DNA of 64,000 nucleotides from an uncultured Verrucomicrobiae bacterium (GTDB lineage Bacteria; Chlamydiota; Chlamydiia; Chlamydiales; JAFEGQ01): NCBI GenBank assembly GCA_963739345.1, contig CAVUAA010000001.1, positions 859,749 to 923,748 of the forward strand, read 5' to 3'. Shown piece by piece: positions 62,999 to 64,000 of this stretch (position 1 is its first letter; each line of letters starts with the position of its first letter). The notes under the pieces were generated by a model. It saw only the letters and a program-made list of their open reading frames with translations, ran no database searches and was not told where the DNA came from. The position numbers and the translations under genes were made by a program.

Positions 62999-63793
62999 AT
63001 GGAAGGATTTTGCCCACTCGCATCTGGTTCTAAGGGAAACTCAATGTACTTTTCGGCGGGCGGTGTGAAGCTGCTCATCGATGCAGGGCTCTCGGCCCGT
63101 CAGACTCGCCTCCGCCTCGAGCAGATCGGCGTCGACCTCGAAACGATCGACGCCATCCTCATCACCCACGAGCATACGGATCATATTGCAGGCCTCAAAA
63201 TGCTCGCCCTCAAAATGGGCATCCCCGTCTTCGCCAACGCGGAGACGGCCAAAAGCATCTACCACATCCTAAAAGCAGCCCCCCAGTTCAAGATCTTCCA
63301 GACTGGCGAAGCGTTCACCTTTGGCGACCTCACCATTCACCCCTTCACCATCCCCCACGACGCCGCCGATCCCGTCGCCTTCACCATCCAAACCCCAACT
63401 CACAAAGTGGGCATCTGCACCGACTTAGGGTTCGCCACCACCCTTGTCCAGGCCAAGCTCCAAGGGTGCGACTACCTCCACCTCGAGGCCAACCACCAAC
63501 CCTCTATGGTCCACTCCTGTCCCCGCCCCATGGTCTACAAGCAACGTGTCCTCTCCCGTTCTGGACACCTCTCCAATGAAGCTGCTGGCCAGCTCATCGC
63601 CCAAATTCAGCCCAAGCACGTCCATCTCGCCCATCTATCGGACGAGTGCAACAGCCCCGAAGTCGCTCTAAAGATTGTCGGCGAAATCGCCGGGGACATT
63701 CCCCTATCAATCGCCCACCAACGCACCATCAGCACTCCCATCCACTTCCCAAATTGTCACATTCTGGGACAGTCCCCAATTGTGACAATTTAG
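62999..63793 (+). CDS. YycJ/WalJ-like MBL-fold metallo-hydrolase
   Basis: LASGSKGNSMYF...LLIDAGLS...ILITHEHTDHIAGL...HLSDE. The last ~14 codons (PNCHILGQSPIVTI) are read from the palindromic element. Confidence 0.8.
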   Translation: MEGFCPLASGSKGNSMYFSAGGVKLLIDAGLSARQTRLRLEQIGVDLETIDAILITHEHTDHIAGLKMLALKMGIPVFANAETAKSIYHILKAAPQFKIFQTGEAFTFGDLTIHPFTIPHDAADPVAFTIQTPTHKVGICTDLGFATTLVQAKLQGCDYLHLEANHQPSMVHSCPRPMVYKQRVLSRSGHLSNEAAGQLIAQIQPKHVHLAHLSDECNSPEVALKIVGEIAGDIPLSIAHQRTISTPIHFPNCHILGQSPIVTI

Positions 63794-63877
63794 AACCTGC
63801 GCCGTACGCTTTGCGAACTAACGGGACATCTCACCGAAATTGTCACAATTGGGGACTGTCCCAGAATGTGACAATTT
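63751..63877. repeat. palindromic element: perfect 41-nt inverted arms, 45-nt loop, each arm itself quasi-palindromic
   Basis: AAATTGTCACATTCTGGGACAGTCCCCAATTGTGACAATTT (63751-63791) is the exact reverse complement of 63837-63877. The decamer AAATTGTCAC and its complement occur four times. Confidence 0.9.
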
Positions 63878-64000
63878 TGTGATGTTGAAGAGGGTAAGGG
63901 CGATGATGAGCGGGTAGCCGACCATCAGCGGGCAAGTGAATCAGGCGCATGATCAGAGCAAAGCCCAAGTTTGAGACGACCGCTGTCACCCCCAAGTTGA

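Overview
This window looks like a high-GC member of the Chlamydiae (PVC group). The evidence is a fused murC-ddl gene and three gene-order blocks known from Chlamydia: (1) murF-mraY-murD-LysM protein-ftsW-murG-murC/ddl-ftsQ, (2) dnaX-ybaB ... ptsI-ptsH-hprK-hyp-comEC, and (3) uppP-ftsK ... yycJ. Accessory material sits between these core blocks. It includes two RHS/YD-repeat polymorphic toxin loci with downstream immunity-like genes. One locus is intact and lies next to IS903-like and IS256-like elements. The other is broken by an in-frame TGA and by a frame change into a lipase-like alpha/beta-hydrolase module. Other accessory content comprises candidate host-interaction proteins (F-box-like, Inc-like, orphan FliS-like), a transporter-HEAT-cNMP fusion protein, tandem DEAD-box helicase paralogs, and at least three families of palindromic or TIR-bounded miniature repeats that contribute codons to neighbouring genes. 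Four genes (RHS2, groEL paralog, phosphohexomutase, dnaX) have frame breaks that a single extra base would explain, so either assembly error or gene decay is possible. Two tRNAs (Cys-GCA, His-GTG) are present. I saw no rRNA and no CRISPR array. All family assignments come from motifs read by eye; no database search was possible.
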